Positions 1-11,800 of a stretch of DNA of 64,000 bases are shown piece after piece (position 1 is the stretch's first letter; each line of letters starts with the position of its first letter). Where the stretch lies: the NCBI GenBank assembly GCA_964057225.1, contig OZ059894.1:2914001-2978000 (forward strand), in the 5' to 3' direction. The notes beneath the pieces are model-generated. The model ran no database searches. It saw only the letters and a program-made list of their open reading frames with translations, and was not told the DNA's origin. The DNA comes from Auanema rhodensis. Taxonomy: Eukaryota > Animalia > Nematoda. Made by a program: the position numbers and the translations under genes.

Positions 1-64
1 ATCATTTTTCAAACGATCATAACTAATTTCTGTATTAAGCGTTTTTCAATGTAGTATAGTGCAT

Positions 65-91
65 TCGATGCGGACTTTCAAGCTGCGTCGA
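65..91 (+). other. Dyad 1 in each monomer: TCGATGCGG-N9-CTGCGTCGA (9-bp stem with two G.T pairs)
   Basis: Direct pairing of pos 65-73 with 83-91. Function unknown. Confidence 0.7.
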
Positions 92-141
92 TCTGTGTTA
101 TCAGATTTGCGCTAGCTTAAAAATGCACCGAGATATCAACT

Positions 142-163
142 GATATAAGTTCACACTTATATC
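142..163. other. Dyad 2 in each monomer: perfect 9-bp inverted repeat GATATAAGT-tcac-ACTTATATC
   Basis: Pos 142-150 is the exact reverse complement of 155-163. It is flanked by CGAG(129-132)/CTCG(164-167) and AAAAT(120-124)/ATTTT(168-172). Confidence 0.85.
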
Positions 164-237
164 CTCGATTTTCACCCTGAAGAATTAATTTTTTCGATGA
201 ATAACATTGTCCATCGTCTTTGCCTTGAAAAAAGGAA

Positions 238-309
238 TCTAAAAACATCTACTTTTCGCTAAATTATTCTGAAATTTTTCGAAAAAATTTTTGTCAAAAT
301 GTTTTTGGA
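238..309. other. Dyad 3 in each monomer: nested imperfect inverted repeat around the TTTTTCGAAAAA palindrome
   Basis: Perfect 12-bp palindrome at 275-286; consensus ATTTTGA(266-272)/TCAAAAT(294-300); TCTAAAAACAT(238-248)/ATGTTTTTGGA(299-309) with one G.T pair. The high AT content makes chance pairing more likely. Confidence 0.65.
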
Positions 310-313
310 AGCA

Positions 314-341
314 ATGTTGAGTGTACATGGAAACTCAACAT
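314..341. other. Dyad 4 in each monomer: perfect 9-bp inverted repeat ATGTTGAGT-N10-ACTCAACAT
   Basis: Pos 314-322 is the exact reverse complement of 333-341. The TGTACA palindrome at 322-327 overlaps the loop. Confidence 0.85.
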
Positions 342-1404
342 ACACTAATGCATCATTTTTCAAACGATCATAACTAATTTTCGTATTAAGCGTTTTTCAA
401 TGTAGTATAGTGCATTCGATGCGGATTTTTAAGCTGCGTCGAGCTGTGTTATCAGATTTGCGCTAGCTTAAAAATGCACCGAGATATCAACTGATATAAG
501 TTCACACTTATATCCTCGATTTTCACCCTGAAGAATTAGTTTTTTCGTTGAATAACATTGTCCATCGTCTTTGCCTTGAAAAAAGGAATCTAAAAACATC
601 TACTTTTCGCTAAATTATTTTGAAATTTTTCGAAAAAATTTTTGTCAAAATGTTTTTGGAAGCAATGTTGAGTGTACATGGAAACTCAACATACACTAAT
701 GCATCATTTTTCAAACGATCATAACTAATTTTTGTATTAAGCGTTTTTCAATGTAGTATAGTGCATTCGATGCGGATTTTTAAGCTGCGTCGATCTGTGT
801 TATCAGATTTGCGCTAGCTTAAAAATGCACCGAGATATCAACTGATATAAGTTCACACTTATATCCTCGATTTTCACCCTGAAGAATTAATTTTTTCGTT
901 GAATAACATTGTCCATCGTCTTTGCCTTGAAAAAAGGAATCTAAAAACATCTACTTTTCGCTAAATTATTTTGAAATTTTTCGAAAAAATTTTTGTCAAA
1001 ATGTTTTTGGAAGCAATGTTGAGTGTACATGGAAACTCAACATACACTAATGCATCATTTTTCAAACGATCATAACTAATTTTTGTATTAAGCGTTTTTC
1101 AATGTAGTATAGTGCATTCGATGCGGATTTTTAAGCTGCGTCGAGCTGTGTTATCAGATTTGCGCTAGCTTAAAAATGCACCGAGATATCAACTGATATA
1201 AGTTCACACATATATCCTCGATTTTCACCCTGAAGAATTAGTTTTTTCGTTGAATAACATTGTCCATCGTCTTTGCCTTGAAAAAAGGAATCTAAAAACA
1301 TCTACTTTTCGCTAAATTATTTTGAAATTTTTTGAAAAAATTTTTGTCAAAATGTTTTTGGAAGCAATGTTGAGTGTACATGGAAACTCAACATACACTA
1401 ATGC

Positions 1405-2806
1405 ATCATTTTTCAAACGATCATAACTAATTTTTGTATTAAGCGTTTTTCAATGTAGTATAGTGCATTCGATGCGGATTTTTAAGCTGCGTCGAGCTGT
1501 GTTATCAGATTTGCGCTAGCTTAAAAATGCACCGAGATATCAACTGATATAAGTTCACACATATATCCTCGATTTTCACCCTGAAGAATTAATTTTTTCG
1601 TTGAATAACATTGTCCATCGTCTTTGCCTTGAAAGAAGGAATCAAAAACCTCTACTTTTCGCTAAATTATTTTGAAATTTTTCGAAAAAATTTTTGTCAA
1701 AATGTTTTTGGAAGCAATGTTGAGTGTACATGGAAACTCAACATACACTAATGCATCATTTTTCAAACGATCATAACTAATTTTTGTATTAAGCGTTTTT
1801 CAATGTAGTATAGTGCATTCGATGCGGATTTTTAAGCTGCGTCGAGCTGTGTTATCAAATTTGCGCTAGCTTAAAAATGCACCGAGATATCAACTGATAT
1901 AAGTTCACACATATATCCTCGATTTTCACCCTGAAGAATTAATTTTTTCGTTGAATAACATTGTCCATCGTCTTTGCCTTGAAAAAAGGAATCTAAAAAC
2001 ATCTACTTTTCGCTAAATTATTTTGAAATTTTTCGAAAAAATTTTCGTCAAAATCTTTTTGGAAGCAATGTTGAGTGTACATGGAAACTCAACATACACT
2101 AATGCATCATTTTTCAAACGATCATAACTAATTTTTGTATTAAGCGTTTTTCAATGTAGTATAGTGCATTCGATGCGGATTTTTAAGCTGCGTCGAGCTG
2201 TGTTATCAGATTTGCGCTAGCTTAAAAATGCACCGAGATATCAACTGATATAAGTTCACACATATATCCTCGATTTTCACCCTGAAGAATTAATTTTTTC
2301 GTTGAATAACATTGTCCATCGTCTTTGCCTTGAAAGAAGGAATCAAAAACCTCTACTTTTCGCTAAATTATTTTGAAATTTTTCGAAAAAATTTTTGTCA
2401 AAATGTTTTTGGAAGCAATGTTGAGTGTACATGGAAACTCAACATACACTAATGCATCATTTTTCAAACGATCATAACTAATTTTTGTATTAAGCGTTTT
2501 TCAATGTAGTATAGTGCATTCGATGCGGATTTTTAAGCTGCGTCGAGCTGTGTTATCAAATTTGCGCTAGCTTAAAAATGCACCGAGATATCAACTGATA
2601 TAAGTTCACACATATATCCTCGATTTTCACCCTGAAGAATTAATTTTTTCGTTGAATAACATTGTCCATCGTCTTTGCCTTGAAAAAAGGAATCTAAAAA
2701 CATCTACTTTTCGCTAAATTATTTTGAAATTTTTCGAAAAAATTTTCGTCAAAATCTTTTTGGAAGCAATGTTGAGTGTACATGGAAACTCAACATACAC
2801 TAATGC
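1405..2806 (+). repeat. Local 2-monomer higher-order duplication (period 701 bp)
   Basis: M5 and M7 share GAAAGAAGG plus a 1-bp deletion. M6 and M8 share ATTTTCGTCAAAATCTTTTT (marker C at 2046 and 2747). Confidence 0.9.
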
Positions 2807-5800
2807 ATCATTTTTCAAACGATCATAACTAATTTTTGTATTAAGCGTTTTTCAATGTAGTATAGTGCATTCGATGCGGATTTTTAAGCTGCGTCGAGCT
2901 GTGTTATCAGATTTGCGCTAGCTTAAAAATGCACCGAGATATCAACTGATATAAGTTCACACATATATCCTCGATTTTCACCCTGAAGAATTAATTTTTT
3001 CGTTGAATAACATTGTCCATCGTCTTTGCCTTGAAAAAAGGAATCTAAAAACATCTACTTTTCGCTAAATTATTTTGAAATTTTTCGAAAAAATTTTTGT
3101 CAAAATGTTTTTGGAAGCAATGTTGAGTGTACATGGAAACTCAACATACACTAATGCATCATTTTTCAAACGATCATAACTAATTTTTGTATTAAGCGTT
3201 TTTCAATGTAGTATAGTGCATTCGATGCGGATTTTCAAGCTGCGTCGATCTGTGTTATCAGATTTGCGCTAGCTTAAAAATGCACTGAGATATCAACTGA
3301 TATAAGTTCACACTTATATCCTCGATTTTCACCATGAAGAATTAATTTTTTCGATGAATAACATTGTCCATCGTCTTTGCCTTGAAAAAAAGAATCTAAA
3401 AACATCTACTTTTTGCTAAATTATTTTGAAATTTTTCGAAAAAATTTTTGTCAAAATGTTTTTGGAAGCAATGTTGAGTGTACATGGAAACTCAACATAC
3501 ACTAATGCATCATTTTTCAAACGATCATAACTAATTTTTGTATTGAGCGTTTTTCAATGTAGTATAGTGCATTCGATGCGGATTTTTAAGCTGCGTCGAG
3601 CTGTGTTATCAGATGTGCGCTAGCTTAAAAATGCACCGAGATATCAACTGATATAAGTTCACACATATATCCTCGATTTTCACCCTGAAGAATTAATTTT
3701 TTCGTTGAATAACATTGTCCATCGTCTTTGCCTTGAAAAAAAGAATCTGAAAACATCTACTTTTTGCTAAATTATTTTGAAATTTTTCGAAAAAATTTTT
3801 GTCAAAATGTTTTTGGAAGCAATGTTGAGTGTACATGGAAACTCAACATACACTAATGCATCATTTTTCAAACGATCATAACTAATTTTTGTATTGAGCG
3901 TTTTTCAATGTAGTATAGTGCATTCGATGCGGATTTTTAAGCTGCGTCGAGCTGTGTTATCAGATTTGCGCTAGCTTAAAAATGCACCGAGATATCAACT
4001 GATATAAGTTCACACTTATATCCTCGATTTTCACCCTGAAGAATTAATTTTTTCGTTGAATAACATTGTCCATCGTCTTTGCCTTGAAAAAAGAAATCTA
4101 AAAACATCTACTTTTCGCTAAATTATTTTGAAATTTTTCGAAAAAATTTTTGTCAAAATGTTTTTGGAAGCAATGTTGAGTGTACATGGAAACTCAACAT
4201 ACACTAATGCATCATTTTTCAAACGATCATAACTAATTTTTGTATTAAGCGTTTTTCAATGTAGTATAGTGCATTCGATGCGGATTTTTAAGCTGCGTCG
4301 AGCTGTGTTATCAGATTTGCGCTAGCTTAAAAATGCACCGAGATATCAACTGATATAAGTTCACACTTATATCCTCGATTTTCACCCTGAAGAATTAGTT
4401 TTTTCGTTGAATAACATTGTCCATCGTCTTTGCCTTGAAAAAAGGAATCTAAAAACATCTACTTTTCGCTAAATTATTTTGAAATTTTTCGAAAAAATTT
4501 TTGTCAAAATGTTTTTGGAAGCAATGTTGAGTGTACATGGAAACTCAACATACACTAATGCATCATTTTTCAAACGATCATAACTAATTTTTGTATTAAG
4601 CGTTTTTCAATGTAGTATAGTGCATTCGATGCGGATTTTTAAGCTGCGTCGAGCTGTGTTATCAGATTTGCGCTAGCTTAAAAATGCACCGAGATATCAA
4701 CTGATATAAGTTCACACTTATATCCTCGATTTTCACCCTGAAGAATTAGTTTTTTCGTTGAATAACATTGTCCATCGTCTTTGCCTTGAAAAAAGGAATC
4801 TAAAAACATCTACTTTTTGCTAAATTATTTTGAAATTTTTCGAAAAAATTTTTGTCAAAATGTTTTTGGAAGCAATGTTGAGTGTACATGGAAACTCAAC
4901 ATACACTAATGCATCATTTTTCAAACGATCATAACTAATTTTTGTATTAAGCGTTTTTCAATGTAGTATAGTGCATTCGATGCGGATTTTTAAGCTGCGT
5001 CGAGCTGTGTTATCAAATTTGCGCTAGCTTAAAAATGCACCGAGATATCAACTGATATAAGTTCACACATATATCCTCGATTTTCACCCTGAAGAATTAA
5101 TTTTTTCGTTGAATAACATTGTCCATCGTCTTTGCCTTGAAAAAAGGAATCTAAAAACATCTACTTTTCGCTAAATTATTTTGAAATTTTTCGAAAAAAT
5201 TTTTGTCAAAATGTTTTTGGAAGCAATGTTGAGTGTACATGGAAACTCAACATACACTAATGCATCATTTTTCAAACGATCATAACTAATTTTTGTATTA
5301 AGCGTTTTTCAATGTAGTATAGTGCATTCGATGCGGATTTTCAAGCTGCGTCGATCTGTGTTATCAGATTTGCGCTAGCTTAAAAATGCACTGAGATATC
5401 AACTGATATAAGTTCACACTTATATCCTCGATTTTCACCATGAAGAATTAATTTTTTCGATGAATAACATTGTCCATCGTCTTTGCCTTGAAAAAAAGAA
5501 TCTAAAAACATCTACTTTTTGCTAAATTATTTTGAAATTTTTCGAAAAAATTTTTGTCAAAATGTTTTTGGAAGCAATGTTGAGTGTACATGGAAACTCA
5601 ACATACACTAATGCATCATTTTTCAAACGATCATAACTAATTTTTGTATTGAGCGTTTTTCAATGTAGTATAGTGCATTCGATGCGGATTTTTAAGCTGC
5701 GTCGAGCTGTGTTATCAGATTTGCGCTAGCTTAAAAATGCACCGAGATATCAACTGATATAAGTTCACACTTATATCCTCGATTTTCACCCTGAAGAATT

Positions 5801-8800
5801 AGTTTTTTCGTTGAATAACATTGTCCATCGTCTTTGCCTTGAAAAAAGGAATCTAAAAACATCTACTTTTCGCTAAATTATTTTGAAATTTTTCGAAAAA
5901 ATTTTTGTCAAAATGTTTTTGGAAGCAATGTTGAGTGTACATGGAAACTCAACATACACTAATGCATCATTTTTCAAACGATCATAACTAATTTTTGTAT
6001 TAAGCGTTTTTCAATGTAGTATAGTGCATTCGATGCGGATTTTCAAGCTGCGTCGATCTGTGTTATCAGATTTGCGCTAGCTTAAAAATGCACCGAGATA
6101 TCAACTGATATAAGTTCACACATATATCCTCGATTTTCACCCTGAAGAATTAATTTTTTCGTTGAATAACATTGTCCATCGTCTTTGCCTTGAAAAAAGG
6201 AATCTAAAAACATCTACTTTTCGCTAAATTATTTTGAAATTTTTCGAAAAAATTTTTGTCAAAATGTTTTTGGAAGCAATGTTGAGTGTACATGGAAACT
6301 CAACATACACTAATGCATCATTTTTCAAACGATCATAACTAATTTTTGTATTAAACGTTTCTCAATGTAGTATAGTGCATTCGATGCGGATTTTCAAGCT
6401 GCGTCGATCTGTGTTATCAGATTTGCGCTAGCTTAAAAATGCACCGAGATATCAACTGATATAAGTTCACACTTATATCCTCGATTTTCACCCTGAAGAA
6501 TTAGTTTTTTCGTTGAATAACATTGTCCATCGTCTTTGCCTTGAAAAAAGGAATCTAAAAACATCTACTTTTCGCTAAATTATTTTGAAATTTTTCGAAA
6601 AAATTTTTGTCAAAATGTTTTTGGAAGCAATGTTGAGTGTACATGGAAACTCAACATACACTAATGCATCATTTTTCAAACGATCATAACTAATTTTTGT
6701 ATTAAGCGTTTTTCAATGTAGTATAGTGCATTCGATGCGGATTTTTAAGCTGCGTCGAGCTGTGTTATCAGATTTGCGCTAGCTTAAAAATGCACCGAGA
6801 TATCAACTGATATAAGTTCACACTTATATCCTCGATTATCACCCTGAAGAATTAGTTTTTTCGTTGAATAACATTGTCCATCGTCTTTGCCTTGAAAAAA
6901 GGAATCTAAAAACATCTACTTTTTGCTAAATTATTTTGAAATTTTTCGAAAAAATTTTTGTCAAAATGTTTTTGGAAGCAATGTTGAGTGTACATGGAAA
7001 CTCAACATACACTAATGCATCATTTTTCAAACGATCATAACTAATTTTTGTATTAAGCGTTTTTCAATGTAGTATAGTGCATTCGATGCGGATTTTTAAG
7101 CTGCGTCGAGCTGTGTTATCAGATTTGCGCTAGCTTAAAAATGCACCGAGATATCAACTGATATAAGTTCACACTTATATCCTCGATTTTCACCCTGAAG
7201 AATTAGTTTTTTCGTTGAATAACATTGTCCATCGTCTTTGCCTTGAAAAAAGGAATCTAAAAACATCTACTTTTCGCTAAATTATTTTGAAATTTTTCGA
7301 AAAAATTTTTGTCAAAATGTTTTTGGAAGCAATGTTGAGTGTACATGGAAACTCAACATACACTAATGCATCATTTTTCAAACGATCATAACTAATTTTT
7401 GTATTAAGCGTTTTTCAATGTAGTATAGTGCATTCGATGCGGATTTTTAAGCTGCGTCGAGCTGTGTTATCAGATTTGCGCTAGCTTAAAAATGCACCGA
7501 GATATCAACTGATATAAGTTCACACTTATATCCTCGATTTTCACCCTGAAGAATTAGTTTTTTCGTTGAATAACATTGTCCATCGTCTTTGCCTTGAAAA
7601 AAGGAATCTAAAAACATCTACTTTTTGCTAAATTATTTTGAAATTTTTCGAAAAAATTTTTGTCAAAATGTTTTTGGAAGCAATGTTGAGTGTACATGGA
7701 AACTCAACATACACTATTGCATCATTTTTCAAACGATCATAACTAATTTTTGTATTAAGCGTTTTTCAATGTAGTATAGTGCATTCGATGCGGATTTTTA
7801 AGCTGCGTCGAGCTGTGTTATCAAATTTGCGCTAGCTTAAAAATGCACCGAGATATCAACTGATATAAGTTCACACATATATCCTCGATTTTCACCCTGA
7901 AGAATTAATTTTTTCGTTGAATAACATTGTCCATCGTCTTTGCCTTGAAAAAAGGAATCTAAAAACATCTACTTTTCGCTAAATTATTTTGAAATTTTTC
8001 GAAAAAATTTTTGTCAAAATGTTTTTGGAAGCAATGTTGAGTGTACATGGAAACTCAACATACACTAATGCATCATTTTTCAAACGATCATAACTAATTT
8101 TTGTATTGAGCGTTTTTCAATGTAGTATAGTGCATTCGATGCGGATTTTTAAGCTGCGTCGAGCTGTGTTATCAGATTTGCGCTAGCTTAAAAATGCACC
8201 GAGATATCAACTGATATAAGTTCACACTTATATCCTCGATTTTCACCCTGAAGAATTAGTTTTTTCGTTGAATAACATTGTCCATCGTCTTTGCCTTGAA
8301 AAAAGGAATCTAAAAACATCTACTTTTCGCTAAATTATTTTGAAATTTTTCGAAAAAATTTTTGTCAAAATGTTTTTGGAAGCAATGTTGAGTGTACATG
8401 GAAACTCAACATACACTAATGCATCATTTTTCAAACGATCATAACTAATTTTTGTATTAAGCGTTTTTCAATGTAGTATAGTGCATTCGATGCGGATTTT
8501 CAAGCTGCGTCGATCTGTGTTATCAGATTTGCGCTAGCTTAAAAATGCACCGAGATATCAACTGATATAAGTTCACACATATATCCTCGATTTTCACCCT
8601 GAAGAATTAATTTTTTCGTTGAATAACATTGTCCATCGTCTTTGCCTTGAAAGAAAGAATCTAAAAACATCTACTTTTTGCTAAATTATTTTGAAATTTT
8701 TCGAAAAAATTTTTGTCAAAATGTTTTTGGAAGCAATGTTGAGTGTACATGGAAACTCAACATACACTAATGCATCATTTTTCAAACGATCATAACTAAT

Positions 8801-11800
8801 TTTTGTATTGAGCGCTTTTCAATGTAGTATAGTGCATTCGATGCGGATTTTTAAGCTGCGTCGAGCTGTGTTATCAGATTTGCGCTAGCTTAAAAATGCA
8901 CTGAGATATCAACTGATATAAGTTCACACTTATATCCTCGATTTTCACCATGAAGAATTAATTTTTTCGATGAATAACATTGTCCATCGTCTTTGCCTTG
9001 AAAAAAAGAATCTAAAAACATCTACTTTTTGCTAAATTATTTTGAAATTTTTCGAAAAAATTTTTGTCAAAATGTTTTTGGAAGCAATGTTGAGTGTACA
9101 TGGAAACTCAACATACACTAATGCATCATTTTTCAAACGATCATAACTAATTTTTGTATTGAGCGTTTTTCAATGTAGTATAGTGCATTCGATGCGGATT
9201 TTTAAGCTGCGTCGAGCTGTGTTATCAGATTTGCGCTAGCTTAAAAATGCACCGAGATATCAACTGATATAAGTTCACACTTATATCCTCGATTTTCACC
9301 CTGAAGAATTAGTTTTTTCGTTGAATAACATTGTCCATCGTCTTTGCCTTGAAAAAAGGAATCTAAAAACATCTACTTTTCGCTAAATTATTTTGAAATT
9401 TTTCGAAAAAATTTTTGTCAAAATGTTTTTGGAAGCAATGTTGAGTGTACATGGAAACTCAACATACACTAATGCATCATTTTTCAAACGATCATAACTA
9501 ATTTTTGTATTAAGCGTTTTCCAATGTAGTATAGTGCATTCGATGCGGATTTTTAAGCTGCGTCGAGCTGTGTTATCAGATTTGCGCTAGCTTAAAAATG
9601 CACCGAGATATCAACTGATATAAGTTCACACTTATATCCTCGATTTTCACCCTGAAGAATTAGTTTTTTCGTTGAATAACATTGTCCATCGTCTTTGCCT
9701 TGAAAAAAGGAATCTAAAAACATCTACTTTTCGCTAAATTATTTTGAAATTTTTCGAAAAAATTTTTGTCAAAATGTTTTTGGAAGCAATGTTGAGTGTA
9801 CATGGAAACTCAACATACACTAATGCATCATTTTTCAAACGATCATAACTAATTTTTGTATTAAGCGTTTTTCAATGTAGTATAGTGCATTCGATGCGGA
9901 TTTTTAAGCTGCGTCGAGCTGTGTTATCAGATTTGCGTTAGCTTAAAAATGCACCGAGATATCAACTGATATAAGTTCACACTTATATCCTCGATTTTCA
10001 CCCTGAAGAATTAGTTTTTTCGTTGAATAACATTGTCCATCGTCTTTGCCTTGAAAAAAGGAATCTAAAAACATCTACTTTTTGCTAAATTATTTTGAAA
10101 TTTTTCGAAAAAATTTTTGTCAAAATGTTTTTGGAAGCAATGTTGAGTGTACATGGAAACTCAACATACACTAATGCATCATTTTTCAAACGATCATAAC
10201 TAATTTTTGTATTAAGCGTTTTTCAATGTAGTATAGTGCATTCGATGCGGATTTTTAAGCTGCGTCGAGCTGTGTTATCAAATTTGCGCTAGCTTAAAAA
10301 TGCACCGAGATATCAACTGATATAAGTTCACACATATATCCTCGATTTTCACCCTGAAGAATTAATTTTTTCGTTGAATAACATTGTCCATCGTCTTTGC
10401 CTTGAAAAAAGGAATCTAAAAACATCTACTTTTCGCTAAATTATTTTGAAATTTTTCGAAAAAATTTTTGTCAAAATGTTTTTGGAAGCAATGTTGAGTG
10501 TACATGGAAACTCAACATACACTAATGCATCATTTTTCAAACGATCATAACTAATTTTTGTATTAAGCGTTTTTCAATGTAGTATAGTGCATTCGATGCG
10601 GATTTTCAAGCTGCGTCGATCTGTGTTATCAGATTTGCGCTAGCTTAAAAATGCACTGAGATATCAACTGATATAAGTTCACACTTATATCCTCGATTTT
10701 CACCATGAAGAATTAATTTTTTCGATGAATAACATTGTCCATCGTCTTTGCCTTGAAAAAAAGAATCTAAAAACATCTACTTTTTGCTAAATTATTTTGA
10801 AATTTTTCGAAAAAATTTTTGTCAAAATGTTTTTGGAAGCAATGTTGAGTGTACATGGAAACTCAACATACACTAATGCATCATTTTTCAAACGATCATA
10901 ACTAATTTTTGTATTGAGCGTTTTTCAATGTAGTATAGTGCATTCGATGCGGATTTTTAAGCTGCGTCGAGCTGTGTTATCAGATTTGCGCTAGCTTAAA
11001 AATGCACCGAGATATCAACTGATATAAGTTCACACTTATATCCTCGATTTTCACCCTGAAGAATTAGTTTTTTCGTTGAATAACATTGTCCATCGTCTTT
11101 GCCTTGAAAAAAGGAATCTAAAAACATCTACTTTTCGCTAAATTATTTTGAAATTTTTCGAAAAAATTTTTGTCAAAATGTTTTTGGAAGCAATGTTGAG
11201 TGTACATGGAAACTCAACATACACTAATGCATCATTTTTCAAACGATCATAACTAATTTTTGTATTAAGCGTTTTTCAATGTAGTATAGTGCATTCGATG
11301 CGGATTTTTAAGCTGCGTCGAGCTGTGTTATCAGATTTGCGCTAGCTTAAAAATGCACCGAGATATCAACTGATATAAGTTCACACTTATATCCTCGATT
11401 TTCACCCTGAAGAATTAGTTTTTTCGTTGAATAACATTGTCCATCGTCTTTGCCTTGAAAAAAGGAATCTAAAAACATCTACTTTTCGCTAAATTATTTT
11501 GAAATTTTTCGAAAAAATTTTTGTCAAAATGTTTTTGGAAGCAATGTTGAGTGTACATGGAAACTCAACATACACTAATGCATCATTTTTCAAACGATCA
11601 TAACTAATTTTTGTATTAAGCGTTTTTCAATGTAGTATAGTGCATTCGATGCGGATTTTCAAGCTGCGTCGATCTGTGTTATCAGATTTGCGCTAGCTTA
11701 AAAATGCACTGAGATATCAACTGATATAAGTTCACACTTATATCCTCGATTTTCACCATGAAGAATTAATTTTTTCGATGAATAACATTGTCCATCGTCT

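Larger units (their letters stand above)
1..351 (+). repeat. Representative satellite monomer M1 (351 bp, about 31% GC, many A/T tracts of 4-6 bp)
   Basis: The next copy starts at 352. The monomer phase is arbitrary and set by the window start. Hand count on the consensus gives about 57 C and 53 G. Confidence 0.97.

Noticed and set aside
2-196. Internal ancient dimer (TCATTTTTCA...TAATTTTT at 2-31 versus TCGATTTTCA...TAATTTTT at 165-193)
   Set aside because: The similarity is short, gapped and driven by T tracts, and it does not extend over the halves.
192-208. TTTCGTTGAATAACATT (consensus T197 form) resembles the start of the CENP-B box
   Set aside because: It matches TTCG-N4-A but lacks the essential CGGG half.
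177-235. CTGAAGA matches the hammerhead ribozyme core CUGANGA; satellite-borne hammerheads are known from newts, schistosomes and cave crickets
   Set aside because: I could not build stem II closing onto a GAAA, or stems I and III with an NUH site. The common C177A variant also destroys the motif. An Infernal search with Rfam hammerhead models on a dimer would be decisive.
14-281. CpG-deamination signature (G15A, G41A, C86T, C129T, C166T, C257T, C280T)
   Set aside because: Non-CpG C>T and G>A variants are at least as numerous (for example at 47, 62, 73, 104, 112, 224, 234, 235, 259 and 316), so enrichment at CpG is not evident by eye.
314-346. Pseudoknot or switch between ATGTTGAGT/ACTCAACAT and AGTGTA/TACACT
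   Set aside because: The two pairings overlap and leave no linker, and the 6-bp alternative is within chance expectation.
1-351. Tandem 5S rRNA, tRNA, snRNA or spliced-leader gene cluster
   Set aside because: I recognised no cloverleaf, 5S or SL sequence, or convincing Pol III A/B boxes on either strand. An Rfam cmscan would confirm.
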